64,000 nucleotides of DNA, from positions 6,821 through 70,820 of the forward strand of contig UQOS01000003.1 in assembly GCA_900542735.1 (NCBI GenBank), written 5' to 3'. The position numbers and the translations under genes were made by a program. The notes under the pieces were generated by a model that ran no database searches, was not told the origin of the DNA, and worked only from the letters and a program-made list of their open reading frames with translations. This DNA is from an uncultured Mycoplasmatota bacterium. Its GTDB lineage: Bacteria > Bacillota_I > Bacilli_A > RF39 > UBA660. Positions 10,145 to 19,403 of this stretch are shown piece after piece (position 1 is the stretch's first letter; the number at the start of each line of letters is the position of its first letter).

Positions 10145-11401
10145 ATGAAAGTATTAGAAATTAATGGTGGAAAACCTCTTACAGGAACCATTCGTATTAG
10201 TGGTGCTAAAAATGCATCTGTTGCTTTAATACCAGCAGCTATTTTAGCAGATAGTGAGGTAACCATCTGTAATGTTCCTGAAATCACAGATACTGATGCC
10301 CTAACTGAAATTTTAGAATATTTAGGAGCAACAGTAAAAAGAGCAAGTGAAAGTGTTTTAATTAATCCAACTACAATTGAAAACAAAGAAATTCCTAAAG
10401 AATTATCAACAAAGCTTCGTGCTTCTTACTATTTTATGGCAGCATTACTTGGTAAATATAAATATGTTGAAATGTATTTTCCAGGTGGGTGCAATATAGG
10501 AGCAAGACCAATCGACCAAACTTTAAAAAGTTTTAGAGCACTAGGAGCAACTGTAGAAGAAGACAACAACAAATATAAAATTTATGCTGATAAATTAAAA
10601 GGTGCCCATATTTACTTAGATATGCCAAGTGTTGGTGCAACCATTAATGCTATGCTAGCATCTGTTAAAGCAGAAGGTGAAACCACAATAGAAAATGCAG
10701 CAAAAGAACCAGAAGTTGTAAATGTGGCAGTATTTTTAAATGGAATGGGTGCTAAAATTACTGGTGCTGGAACTAGTGAAATAAAAATTAAAGGAGTAAA
10801 TTCTCTAAAAGGATGTTATACAGAAGTAATACCAGATAGAATAGAAGCTGGAACATATGTAATAGCTGGAGCTTTAATGGGAGAAAAATTAAAAATTGAT
10901 AACATTATTCCTGAACATATTGAAATGCTAACTTTAAAACTAAAAGAAATGGGAGTTCCTATTAATATTGGTCCTGACTATATCATAGTATCAAAAGGAA
11001 ACAATTTAAAACCAGTTAGTATTAAGACACAAGGCTATCCTGGATTTGCAACCGATTTGCAACAACCAGTAACAACCCTTTTAACGCAATGTGAGGGAAC
11101 TTCTACTTTAGAAGAAACAATTTATGAAAATAGATTCCAAAATGTACCATATTTAAATAAATTAGGTGCAAATATCGAAATTGATGAAAAACAAATTCAT
11201 ATCAAAGGAAAAACAGAATTAGTAGGAACAACAGTAGAAGCAACTGATTTAAGAGCAGGTGCTTGTCTAGTATTAGCAGGATTACTTGCTAGTGGTACTA
11301 CCAAAGTCGCAAATATTGAGCATGTATTAAGAGGTTATGAAAATATTGTTCAAAAATTAACCGATGTAGGAGCAGATATTAAGTTAAAAGAAGAAAATTA
11401 A
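10145..11401 (+). CDS. murA: UDP-N-acetylglucosamine 1-carboxyvinyltransferase
   Basis: 418 aa from ATG 10145 (RBS GGAGG 10135-10139; track used TTG 10133). Active-site Cys loop FPGGCNIGARPID; EPSP-synthase fold motifs. Confidence 0.95.
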   Translation: MKVLEINGGKPLTGTIRISGAKNASVALIPAAILADSEVTICNVPEITDTDALTEILEYLGATVKRASESVLINPTTIENKEIPKELSTKLRASYYFMAALLGKYKYVEMYFPGGCNIGARPIDQTLKSFRALGATVEEDNNKYKIYADKLKGAHIYLDMPSVGATINAMLASVKAEGETTIENAAKEPEVVNVAVFLNGMGAKITGAGTSEIKIKGVNSLKGCYTEVIPDRIEAGTYVIAGALMGEKLKIDNIIPEHIEMLTLKLKEMGVPINIGPDYIIVSKGNNLKPVSIKTQGYPGFATDLQQPVTTLLTQCEGTSTLEETIYENRFQNVPYLNKLGANIEIDEKQIHIKGKTELVGTTVEATDLRAGACLVLAGLLASGTTKVANIEHVLRGYENIVQKLTDVGADIKLKEEN

Positions 11402-11453
11402 TCTTCTTTTTTTCTTTTTTGTGGTATAATATGTGGCACAAAGGAGAAAGACT

Positions 11454-12260
11454 ATGAACTGGAATGATGTTACTAATAAATTAGTAGAAATAGAAAACCT
11501 ACAACAACTTTTAACCATAAAAATATCAGACTCTAAAAGTAAAGAAATAATAGCTAGGTACAATAAGTATCATGACATAACAAAAGACAGTATAAATAAA
11601 TTAAACAATGCAGTTTTAGAAAATCGGATTAGAAAAACTCCTTTTCAATTTATTTTACTATCAGTAGTTATGAATAAAAAAATTCCGCTTACTATGGAAG
11701 AAATATATGATAGTATGAGTGATAATTTAGAAACAACTATCAGTTATTTAAATAATCTTCAAAAAAAGTATGAAGATATGATTAAAATTTTTGATATTGT
11801 TTTCAAAATAGAAGAACTATCACAAATAGAGCTTACAACAGTTACTGATTATGAAAATGGAGTATATATAAAAGTATTAAATAAATATAATGCAGCTTTC
11901 TTAGAATTTTTACAGCAAGATGTAAAAGAATCTGCTTCGCTTATCAAGAATACCACTAAAGAATTAATGGAAAATTTAAGTAAAAATGAAAGAAGTAAGC
12001 TATTACAAGAAATGATTCCGTTATCATATGATCGAAACGCTTTTACATACATAGACGAAATAAAAACAGTTAAGAGTATTTATAAAAATCCAACAGTTCC
12101 ATTAAGAGATGAATTATATATTTACAAATTACTCCTATATTTTAAAGAAACTGTCTATATTTCCTTAGAGGAATACTTTAGTAAGCAAGATATTTCTAAA
12201 CTTATATCTTTCTTTGAAGAAGTATTATCTATTAAAGAAGATAAAATAAAAAAAGTCTAA
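11454..12260 (+). CDS. Hypothetical protein
   Basis: ORF from ATG 11454 with RBS AAGGAGAAAG; extended -10 TGGTATAAT at 11422-11430. No family recognised. Confidence 0.4.
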   Translation: MNWNDVTNKLVEIENLQQLLTIKISDSKSKEIIARYNKYHDITKDSINKLNNAVLENRIRKTPFQFILLSVVMNKKIPLTMEEIYDSMSDNLETTISYLNNLQKKYEDMIKIFDIVFKIEELSQIELTTVTDYENGVYIKVLNKYNAAFLEFLQQDVKESASLIKNTTKELMENLSKNERSKLLQEMIPLSYDRNAFTYIDEIKTVKSIYKNPTVPLRDELYIYKLLLYFKETVYISLEEYFSKQDISKLISFFEEVLSIKEDKIKKV

Positions 12261-12319
12261 AATCATCTAAAATGAAATAAACTAAGAATAGGTAACTATT
12301 CTTTTTATTTGGAGGTTTT

Positions 12320-13042
12320 ATGAAAAAGAAAAAATTAATAAAATATTTAATCCTAATATTATTACTATTATCAGTTTATGGAATTTACCATTTCTTTAAA
12401 ACAGATAAAATTAATTATATTGCGTTAGGAGATTCTGTTGCTGAAGGAATGAATCCTTATGGAGAAGTAGGCTATAGTTATACAGATTACTTAGCTGAAT
12501 TACTTCAAAAAGATCATAAATTATCTTATTACACCAAAAAATATACGAAAAGTGGATATGTAACCGAAGATATTATCAGAAATCTACAAACAAATAATAA
12601 CTTAAAAAAAGATTTAAGAGAGTCAAACTTAGTCACAATTTCAATTGGAGCTAATGATTTTCTACATAAAATAGATTTAAAAAGTTTAGATGTATCTAAT
12701 ATAATTGGACTTAAAAATAAAGTAACAGAAGTATTACCAGACATTGAAAAATGTATAAAAGAAGTTAGAAAATATGCAAAAGATGATATCATAATCGTTG
12801 GCTATTATAATCCAATTCCTTTTTTATTTAATACAAGTGGAAACGATTTAGATGAATTATTTGCCTACATTGATGATGAATACAATAAAATAGCTAACAA
12901 AAACAATTGCCGTTATCTTTCTATGTACCAATTATTCAAAAAAAACACAAACTTTTTACCAAATCCAGCTGATATTCATCCAAACTTAGATGGCTATCAA
13001 GAAATGGCTAACCAAATATACTCCTTCTACCGTGGAAAATAA
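12320..13042 (+). CDS. SGNH/GDSL-family hydrolase with N-terminal membrane anchor
   Basis: TM then IALGDSVAEGM (GDS block I); Gly and DxxH-like blocks downstream (IHPNLDGY). Confidence 0.7.
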   Translation: MKKKKLIKYLILILLLLSVYGIYHFFKTDKINYIALGDSVAEGMNPYGEVGYSYTDYLAELLQKDHKLSYYTKKYTKSGYVTEDIIRNLQTNNNLKKDLRESNLVTISIGANDFLHKIDLKSLDVSNIIGLKNKVTEVLPDIEKCIKEVRKYAKDDIIIVGYYNPIPFLFNTSGNDLDELFAYIDDEYNKIANKNNCRYLSMYQLFKKNTNFLPNPADIHPNLDGYQEMANQIYSFYRGK

Positions 13043-13137
13043 AGAAAAAATATCTTGAAAAGTATAAGAATTACTGCTATAATAAAAACGCATTTAATTA
13101 CTATGGCATACATATAACTGCCATGGCGAAGAAAAGG

Positions 13138-13159
13138 CTCTAGAATATTCTAGATATAA
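13138..13159. promoter_or_regulatory. Perfect 16-bp palindrome TCTAGAATATTCTAGA fused to -10 TATAAT upstream of rpmE; a third TCTAGA follows at 13159-13164
   Basis: Read directly; overlaps the core promoter 25 nt before the rpmE RBS; candidate repressor operator. Confidence 0.45.
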
Positions 13160-13182
13160 TCTAGATACGAAAGGAGATAATT

Positions 13183-13386
13183 ATGAAAAAGGGAATTCAT
13201 CCAGAAATGAAAGAAGCAACTGTAAAATGTGCTTGTGGAGAAACATTTAAAGTAATGTCTACAAAAGAAGAAATTCATGTAGAAGTTTGTTCTAAATGTC
13301 ATCCATTCTATACTGGAAAACAATCAAGAGCATCTAAGACTGGACGTGTAGAAAAATTCAATCAAAAATATGGTTTTGATAAGTAA
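13183..13386 (+). CDS. rpmE: 50S ribosomal protein L31 (zinc-ribbon type A)
   Basis: [22 protein letters not shown]...[12 protein letters not shown]; canonical L31 with CxxC/CxxC. Confidence 0.9.
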   Translation: MKKGIHPEMKEATVKCACGETFKVMSTKEEIHVEVCSKCHPFYTGKQSRASKTGRVEKFNQKYGFDK

Positions 13387-13453
13387 GATAAAGCTATTTA
13401 GTTTTATCTTTTTATTTTGCTAAAATTGGGTATAATAAAATTGGTGGATAATT

Positions 13454-14761
13454 ATGAAAGAAATTACATTAGAAAAAATTAAAAAATATAATGAGGAGTT
13501 TAATAGTAATAAATGGAATAAGATTATTTCTAATGCTATTACTACAAATGGTATTAATAATACCTGTTTTAATCCGAGTGTTTTAACTACCAATCAAAAT
13601 GTATTTAGTATTGAATTACCAGATAGTAAAAGAATGGATCAAAAAAAGAGTGGTCGTTGTTGGGCATTTGCTGGTATGAACATGTTAAAACATGATATTG
13701 CCAAAAACTTAAACATAAAAGTAGAAGATATTGACCTATCAGTAAACTATTTAACTTTTTTTGATAAGTTAGAAAAATCCAACACAATCTATGAAAACAT
13801 TATTTCACTAGAAGATGTAAACTACGATACTATCAATGAATTAAAAATTGGAAATTTAGAAGAAGGAGGTTATTTTGAATTTTTTAGAGAATTAGTTAAA
13901 AAATATGGAATCGTACCTTCTACTTATATGAGAGAAAATGTAACGAGTGAAGATAGCAGTAGTTTGATGATAGTATATGATGAAAAAATAAAGAAAGATA
14001 TTTCTAAACTAATAACAGCTAAAAAAGAGGGAAAAACAAAAGATTATTTAGAAAAAATGATAGAAAAAATGGTATCTGAAAACTATATCATATTAGCGAA
14101 AATGTTAGGAGAACCACCATTAGAAATTAATTTTGAGTATCGAAATAAAGATAATATTTTAATTACTAAAAAACTAACGCCACAAGAATTCTATCACCGT
14201 TATTCATCATTAAATTTAGATGATTTTGTATCGGTTGGTAGCATGAAAATGTATAATAAAGAATACTATAAAATCTATCAAAAACAGTATTCTAGAAATA
14301 TTTTGGCTACTAGTACCGTTAAATTTTTAAATCTACCATTAACGGAGTTTAAAAATCTAATTGTTTCTGAGTTAAAAGATGGTATTCCTGTTTGGTTTGG
14401 TGCAGAAGTAAAGAAAATGCGTAATCAAGAAAATGGAATCTTAGATATGAATTCTTATAACTATGAAGAAGTTTTTAATTATGAAAGACTAACACAAGAA
14501 GAAAACTTAAACCTTCATGCAATAACACTAGCGCATGCCATGAGTTTTGTAGGAGTGCATATTGTTGATGATAAAATTATTCGTTGGAAAGTAGAAAATA
14601 GTTGGGGTGACAAAGATAATAAAGGTTATTTTATTATGAATGATAACTATTTTGATGAATTTGTAATGAATGCTGTTGTGAAAAAAGAATATTTAACTAG
14701 TAAACAATTAGAAATGTTAAATCAAGAAGCAATCAATATGAACCCTAATGATCCATTTTAA
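13454..14761 (+). CDS. pepC: Aminopeptidase C (C1-family bleomycin hydrolase-like cysteine peptidase)
   Basis: 435 aa; active-site QKKSGRCWAFAGMN; length and C-terminal tail typical of PepC. Confidence 0.85.
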   Translation: MKEITLEKIKKYNEEFNSNKWNKIISNAITTNGINNTCFNPSVLTTNQNVFSIELPDSKRMDQKKSGRCWAFAGMNMLKHDIAKNLNIKVEDIDLSVNYLTFFDKLEKSNTIYENIISLEDVNYDTINELKIGNLEEGGYFEFFRELVKKYGIVPSTYMRENVTSEDSSSLMIVYDEKIKKDISKLITAKKEGKTKDYLEKMIEKMVSENYIILAKMLGEPPLEINFEYRNKDNILITKKLTPQEFYHRYSSLNLDDFVSVGSMKMYNKEYYKIYQKQYSRNILATSTVKFLNLPLTEFKNLIVSELKDGIPVWFGAEVKKMRNQENGILDMNSYNYEEVFNYERLTQEENLNLHAITLAHAMSFVGVHIVDDKIIRWKVENSWGDKDNKGYFIMNDNYFDEFVMNAVVKKEYLTSKQLEMLNQEAINMNPNDPF

Positions 14762-14833
14762 AAAAGATGAATTTGCTTTTTCCACAATTACTGTGAATTA
14801 TATGATATAATTTTCTATGATAGAGGTGAATAT

Positions 14834-15277
14834 ATGAAAATAGGAATCGCAAATGACCATCGTGGTTACAAATTAAAAACAAAATTAATCCCATACTTGT
14901 TGAAAAAAGGTTATGAAGTAGAAGATTATGGAACTTTATCAACAGAATCTGTGGATTACCCTGATTATGGAATTCTATTAGGGGAAAAAGTAAGAGATAA
15001 AGTTGTAGATTATGGAATCGCTATTTGTGGAAGTGGTATCGGTATTAGTATTGCTTGTAACAAAGTAAAAAAAGTAAGATGTGCTAAAGTAAACAATGTA
15101 AGAGAAGCAAGACTATGTCGTTTAGATAATGATGCAAATATCATTGCTTTAAATGAAAAAATGCATCTTTTTGAAGCAAAAGACATTATTGATGTGTTCT
15201 TAAATACAAAGTATCAAAAGGAAGAACGCTTTCAAAGAAGAATTGATAAAATTACGAAATATGAGGAGAAAAAATAA
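14834..15277 (+). CDS. rpiB: Ribose-5-phosphate isomerase B
   Basis: 147 aa; RpiB/LacAB motifs (MKIGIANDHRGYKLK; GIAICGSGIGISIACNK). Confidence 0.85.
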   Translation: MKIGIANDHRGYKLKTKLIPYLLKKGYEVEDYGTLSTESVDYPDYGILLGEKVRDKVVDYGIAICGSGIGISIACNKVKKVRCAKVNNVREARLCRLDNDANIIALNEKMHLFEAKDIIDVFLNTKYQKEERFQRRIDKITKYEEKK

Positions 15278-15474
15278 TGAGTGCCAAATTCTTTTTATAT
15301 CTTTTTTCCACAATCTTAGTAATTTACTCTTTTGATTCTATTAATATTAATCAAATATTTAAAAAAAATAAAGTCGTACAAGCTAGAATCTTTTATTTTA
15401 TTCTAGCTTTATGCATGATAGAACTATTAACTTCTTTCTTTTATAATTTATTTGAAGCTACAAAATTTATTTAA
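15277..15474 (+). CDS. Small hydrophobic protein (2 TM), hypothetical
   Basis: 65-aa ORF; start overlaps the rpiB stop (TAATG). Confidence 0.3.
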   Translation: MSAKFFLYLFSTILVIYSFDSININQIFKKNKVVQARIFYFILALCMIELLTSFFYNLFEATKFI

Positions 15475-15525
15475 TTTTGTATAAAAATTTTCATTTTGGT
15501 AACACTCTTAATGAGGTGAAAAAAA

Positions 15526-16145
15526 TGAAAAAGAAATTAGTTTTGAAACCATTTGTAATTCCAACACTGTATTTAACATTTTCTCTAGCTATTATGATAG
15601 GTTTATTTTTATCTATTGATGTTACCCAAGAAAAAGAAAATTTAACCTATGTTAGTAGTGCTATTCTAGATGAATATGTACCAGTTATAAATACAGTAGA
15701 AAAGGTAAGAAGACCTTATACAGATGGAAATGTCGTAATTGCTAATAATTACTATGACTACCAATCATCAGAAGAAGAACAACAGTCATCTATTCTTTAC
15801 CATGAAAATACTTATATTCAAAACACAGGTATTAACTACAAATCTGATAATAGTTTTGATGTAATAAGTATCATGAAAGGTGAAGTAATAGAAGTAGAAG
15901 AGAAAGAACTCCTTGGAAAAAGTGTAACAATAAGACATGAAAACAATATAATAAGTGTTTATCAAAGTCTAGGTGAAACAAATGTCAAAAAAGGAGATAA
16001 GGTAGAAGCAGGTCAAATTATTGGTAAAAGTGGAAAATGTGATTTAATTACAGATTCCGTAAACAATTTACATTTTGAATTATATGTAAATGGAACAATA
16101 GCAGACCCTGAAAACCATTATGATAAAACTGTAGGAGAGTTTTAA
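15526..16145 (+). CDS. Membrane-anchored M23/LytM-domain protein with degenerate zinc site (SpoIIQ-like), immediately upstream of spoIIID
   Basis: ATG 15526 after RBS GAGGTGA; single TM; C-terminal LytM-like domain (GEVIEVEE...SVTIRHENN...GQIIGKSG...NLHFELYVNG). HxH is degenerate (NLHFE). Position upstream of spoIIID matches the spoIIQ locus in other endospore formers. Confidence 0.55.
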
Positions 16146-16184
16146 TCTAGCATAAAGGAAAAAGTCACCAATATAATTTATTAG

Positions 16185-16451
16185 GTGATGAAAGTGAATA
16201 AACAAATAATAAAAAGGGTAGAAGAAGAAGCAGACTATATGATTGAAACAAAAGAAACAATTAGAAAAGTTGCTTCTAAATTTAGAGTTAGTAAAAGCAC
16301 TGTTCATAAAGATATCAAAGAAAGATTAAAGGAGTTAGATTTTACGAAATTTAAAATAATTCAAGATATTTTTTCTGAACACATAAGGACAAGACATATA
16401 TTAGGAGGAGAGTCCACTAGAATAAAATATTTAAGAGAAAGAAAGAGCTAG
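16185..16451 (+). CDS. spoIIID: Stage III sporulation protein D (sigmaE/K-dependent transcriptional regulator)
   Basis: IKRVEEEADYMIETKETIRKVASKFRVSKSTVHKDIKERL closely matches the B. subtilis SpoIIID HTH region. Exact start uncertain (ATG 16185/16188 or GTG 16194 after AGGTGA). Confidence 0.85.
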   Translation: MMKVNKQIIKRVEEEADYMIETKETIRKVASKFRVSKSTVHKDIKERLKELDFTKFKIIQDIFSEHIRTRHILGGESTRIKYLRERKS

Positions 16452-16462
16452 AAGGTGATAAT

Positions 16463-17446
16463 ATGCGTGATATTGGGATTGACCTTGGTACTACCAATAT
16501 TCTAATTTATATAAAGGGTAGGGGTATCGTTTTAAATGAACCAAGTGTAGTTAGTATTGATACTAGTACAAAAAAGGTTTTAGCAGTAGGAAAAGAAGCA
16601 AAAGAAATGTTAGGCAGAACTCCTGGAAAAGTAAAAGCCATTAAGCCAATGAAAGATGGTGTGATAGCTGATTTTGAAACTACAGAAGAAATGCTAAAAC
16701 GCTTTGTGAAAAAGGCAGTAGGAAAAAATATTTTAAGAAAACCTCGTATTTTAATTTGCTGTCCTTCCAATATCACCGGAGTAGAAAAAAACGCAATCCG
16801 TGAAATAGCGGAACGCATGGGAGCAAAAAAGGTATTTTTAGAAGAAGAACCCAAAGTAGCTGCTGTAGGAGCCGGTATTGATATTTCTAAACCATCTGGT
16901 AGTATGGTAATTGATATTGGTGGTGGAACAACAGATATCGCTGTTTTATCTTTAGGAGGTATTGTAACAAGTGATTCATTAAGAATAGCTGGAAACACCT
17001 TTGATGAAGATATTATGAATTTTATTAAGAATAAGTACAAGCTAATTATTGGTGAAAAAACTAGTGAAGATATTAAAAAAAGTATTGGAACAGTATTAAA
17101 GAGTAGTAAAAAAACAAGTATTGAAATAACAGGAAGGGGTGCTACAACTGGTTTACCTGAAACGATCACAGTGGTAAGTGATGATATAATAGAAGCTTTA
17201 AAAGATGATGTGAAAAAAATAGTAGAAGCCGTAAAATTAGTATTAGAAAAAACACCCCCAGAATTAGCAGCTGATATTTCAGACAAAGGAATTATCTTAA
17301 CTGGTGGTGGTGCTTTAATAGATGGTTTAGTAGAAAAACTTAGAAAAGAATTAAAAGTACCAGTATTTATTTCTGATAATCCTCTTACCAATGTAGCAGA
17401 GGGTACGGGTATTTTATTAGATAACCTATATTTAATTGATAATTAG
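16463..17446 (+). CDS. mbl: Rod-shape determining actin homolog MreB/Mbl
   Basis: 327 aa; MreB family motifs (GIDLGTTN, DIGGGTTD); directly downstream of spoIIID as is mbl in Bacillus. Confidence 0.9.
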   Translation: MRDIGIDLGTTNILIYIKGRGIVLNEPSVVSIDTSTKKVLAVGKEAKEMLGRTPGKVKAIKPMKDGVIADFETTEEMLKRFVKKAVGKNILRKPRILICCPSNITGVEKNAIREIAERMGAKKVFLEEEPKVAAVGAGIDISKPSGSMVIDIGGGTTDIAVLSLGGIVTSDSLRIAGNTFDEDIMNFIKNKYKLIIGEKTSEDIKKSIGTVLKSSKKTSIEITGRGATTGLPETITVVSDDIIEALKDDVKKIVEAVKLVLEKTPPELAADISDKGIILTGGGALIDGLVEKLRKELKVPVFISDNPLTNVAEGTGILLDNLYLIDN

Positions 17447-17471
17447 ACCAAAAATAATGGTCTTTTTATTT
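17446..17471 (+). terminator. Rho-independent terminator after mbl
   Basis: GACCA-aaaataa-TGGTC followed by TTTTTATTTT. Confidence 0.65.
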
Positions 17472-17517
17472 TGTGATAGAAAAAAATATGGTATAATGTG
17501 AATAATGAGGTGGAAGT

Positions 17518-18609
17518 ATGTTTGAAAGTGAAATGATAACTTCTTTCAAAATGGTTTTTATTACTTTTATTGTTAGTGCCTTAATTATGCCTATTATGAA
17601 AAAAATAGCACATCATATAGGGGCCATTGATATTCCAAGACAAGATGAAGGTAATAGACATATTCATAAAAAACCAATTCCTAAATTAGGTGGTGTTGGT
17701 ATCTTTTTAGCCTTTTTATTTGGTTATATGTTATTTGGCCAACACAGTATTAAAATGAATGCTATTTTAATAGGAAGTTTTATTATTATTTTAACAGGAA
17801 TGATAGATGATATTAATGATTTAAGGGCATCACGCCAATTAATAGCTCAATTTTTAGCTGCATCAGTTATTGTATTTTATGGTGGTATTGTTTTAACAGA
17901 TATAACGGCGTTTGGACTTCATATTGAATTTGGTATTTTTTCAAAATTAATGACGATATTATTTATAATTGGTTGTATTAATATTATCAATTTTACAGAT
18001 GGTTTAGATGGCTTAAGTGGTGGAGTAACTTCTATTTTTTATATTACTACTGCGATTATTTGTTTTTATCAAGGAAGACTTGGAACTTTGGAAATGACTT
18101 TAACTTTATTAATGTTAGGTGCAACACTTGGTTTCTTAGTTCATAATTTTTATCCAGCTAAAATCTTTGCCGGACAGTGCAGTATGTTTATGGGATTTAT
18201 GATTTCCATTATTTGTTTATTAGGTTTTAAAGGGACAGCTCTTACATCACTATTTGTACCACTAGCAATTCTAGGATTACCAATTCTAGATACTCTATTT
18301 GCAATTATAAGAAGAACATTAAAGGGTCAACCAATATTTAGTGCTGATAAATCACATATCCATCATCAAATATTAGGTATGAATTTTTCACACAGAGCAA
18401 CTGTTTTAATTGTTTATTTAATTAATATACTATTTGCACTCACTTCAATTTTCTATGTGTTAAAGGACCCATTGGCTGCCAAAGTAATTTATGTTATTCT
18501 CACAGTAATTGTAGTATGGTTTGTTTGTTATACTAATATTATTACTGAAAAAAAACCACCAAAGCTAAAAGATATAAAAAATAAAATACATAAAAGGAAA
18601 AAGAAGTAG
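17518..18609 (+). CDS. tagO: Undecaprenyl-phosphate GlcNAc-1-phosphate transferase (WecA/TagO, MraY-like polyprenyl-phosphate sugar-phosphate transferase)
   Basis: 363 aa, ~10 TM; MraY/WecA motifs (DDINDL, NFTDGLDGL; HHQ motif IHHQILG); RBS GAGGTGGAAG. Confidence 0.8.
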   Translation: MFESEMITSFKMVFITFIVSALIMPIMKKIAHHIGAIDIPRQDEGNRHIHKKPIPKLGGVGIFLAFLFGYMLFGQHSIKMNAILIGSFIIILTGMIDDINDLRASRQLIAQFLAASVIVFYGGIVLTDITAFGLHIEFGIFSKLMTILFIIGCINIINFTDGLDGLSGGVTSIFYITTAIICFYQGRLGTLEMTLTLLMLGATLGFLVHNFYPAKIFAGQCSMFMGFMISIICLLGFKGTALTSLFVPLAILGLPILDTLFAIIRRTLKGQPIFSADKSHIHHQILGMNFSHRATVLIVYLINILFALTSIFYVLKDPLAAKVIYVILTVIVVWFVCYTNIITEKKPPKLKDIKNKIHKRKKK

Positions 18610-18647
18610 TACCCAATATACTACTTTTTTCTAATTAGGAGGAGTCT

Positions 18648-19403
18648 ATGTTAAATTTTATTATTTATGAAGATGAAAAAAAGTTTAGAGAAAAATATAT
18701 CTCAGTTATTTTAAGATTATTAGGTAGTAAAAAAATTGCTTATAAGATCATAGAGTATGATAAGTATGAATCTGGTATTATTACGAATCTAAAAAAACTT
18801 ATTGGAAAGAAAATATTTATTTTTGATATTGAAGTACCAGATAAGTCAGGACTAGATTTAGCACGTGAAATAAGAAATAGTGGTGATTGGAGTAGTCCTA
18901 TGATTGTAGTAACAACGCATGAACACTTAAAAAATGCCACTTTTACTAGTAGAATGTTAATGCTAGACTTTATTTCTAAGTTTTATAATTGTGAAGAAAA
19001 TTTAAAATCAGCTTTACTAGTAGCTTTAGAAATTGTCGATAATCAACATTCTTTGAATTTTCAATACAATGGTGAATTAGTACAAATACCATTTGATGAT
19101 ATTTTATTTATCGAAAAGAATGTAGATGATTTATATTCAACTGTAGTTACAAGGCATGATAGATATATTATCAAACAAACAATTAGTAAAATTGAAAAGG
19201 ACTTAAGTCAAGATGAAAGATTCTTTAAAACACACAGAAGTTGTATTGTAAATGTAGATAAGATTACAAGTGTGGAATTAAGAGAATGCATCATTCATTT
19301 TGGACATACTGAGATAATATCATTACTATCTAGAGAAAAGAAAAATGAATTAAAAGCATTATTAAGTAAAAAAGGTGTAGTAATAAAGGATGGTGTAAGA
19401 TGA
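18648..19403 (+). CDS. LytTR-family response regulator (AgrA-like)
   Basis: N-terminal receiver (FIFDIEVPDKSGLDLAREIR) and C-terminal LytTR domain (FFKTHRSCIVNVDKI); stop overlaps the kinase start (ATGA). Confidence 0.85.
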   Translation: MLNFIIYEDEKKFREKYISVILRLLGSKKIAYKIIEYDKYESGIITNLKKLIGKKIFIFDIEVPDKSGLDLAREIRNSGDWSSPMIVVTTHEHLKNATFTSRMLMLDFISKFYNCEENLKSALLVALEIVDNQHSLNFQYNGELVQIPFDDILFIEKNVDDLYSTVVTRHDRYIIKQTISKIEKDLSQDERFFKTHRSCIVNVDKITSVELRECIIHFGHTEIISLLSREKKNELKALLSKKGVVIKDGVR

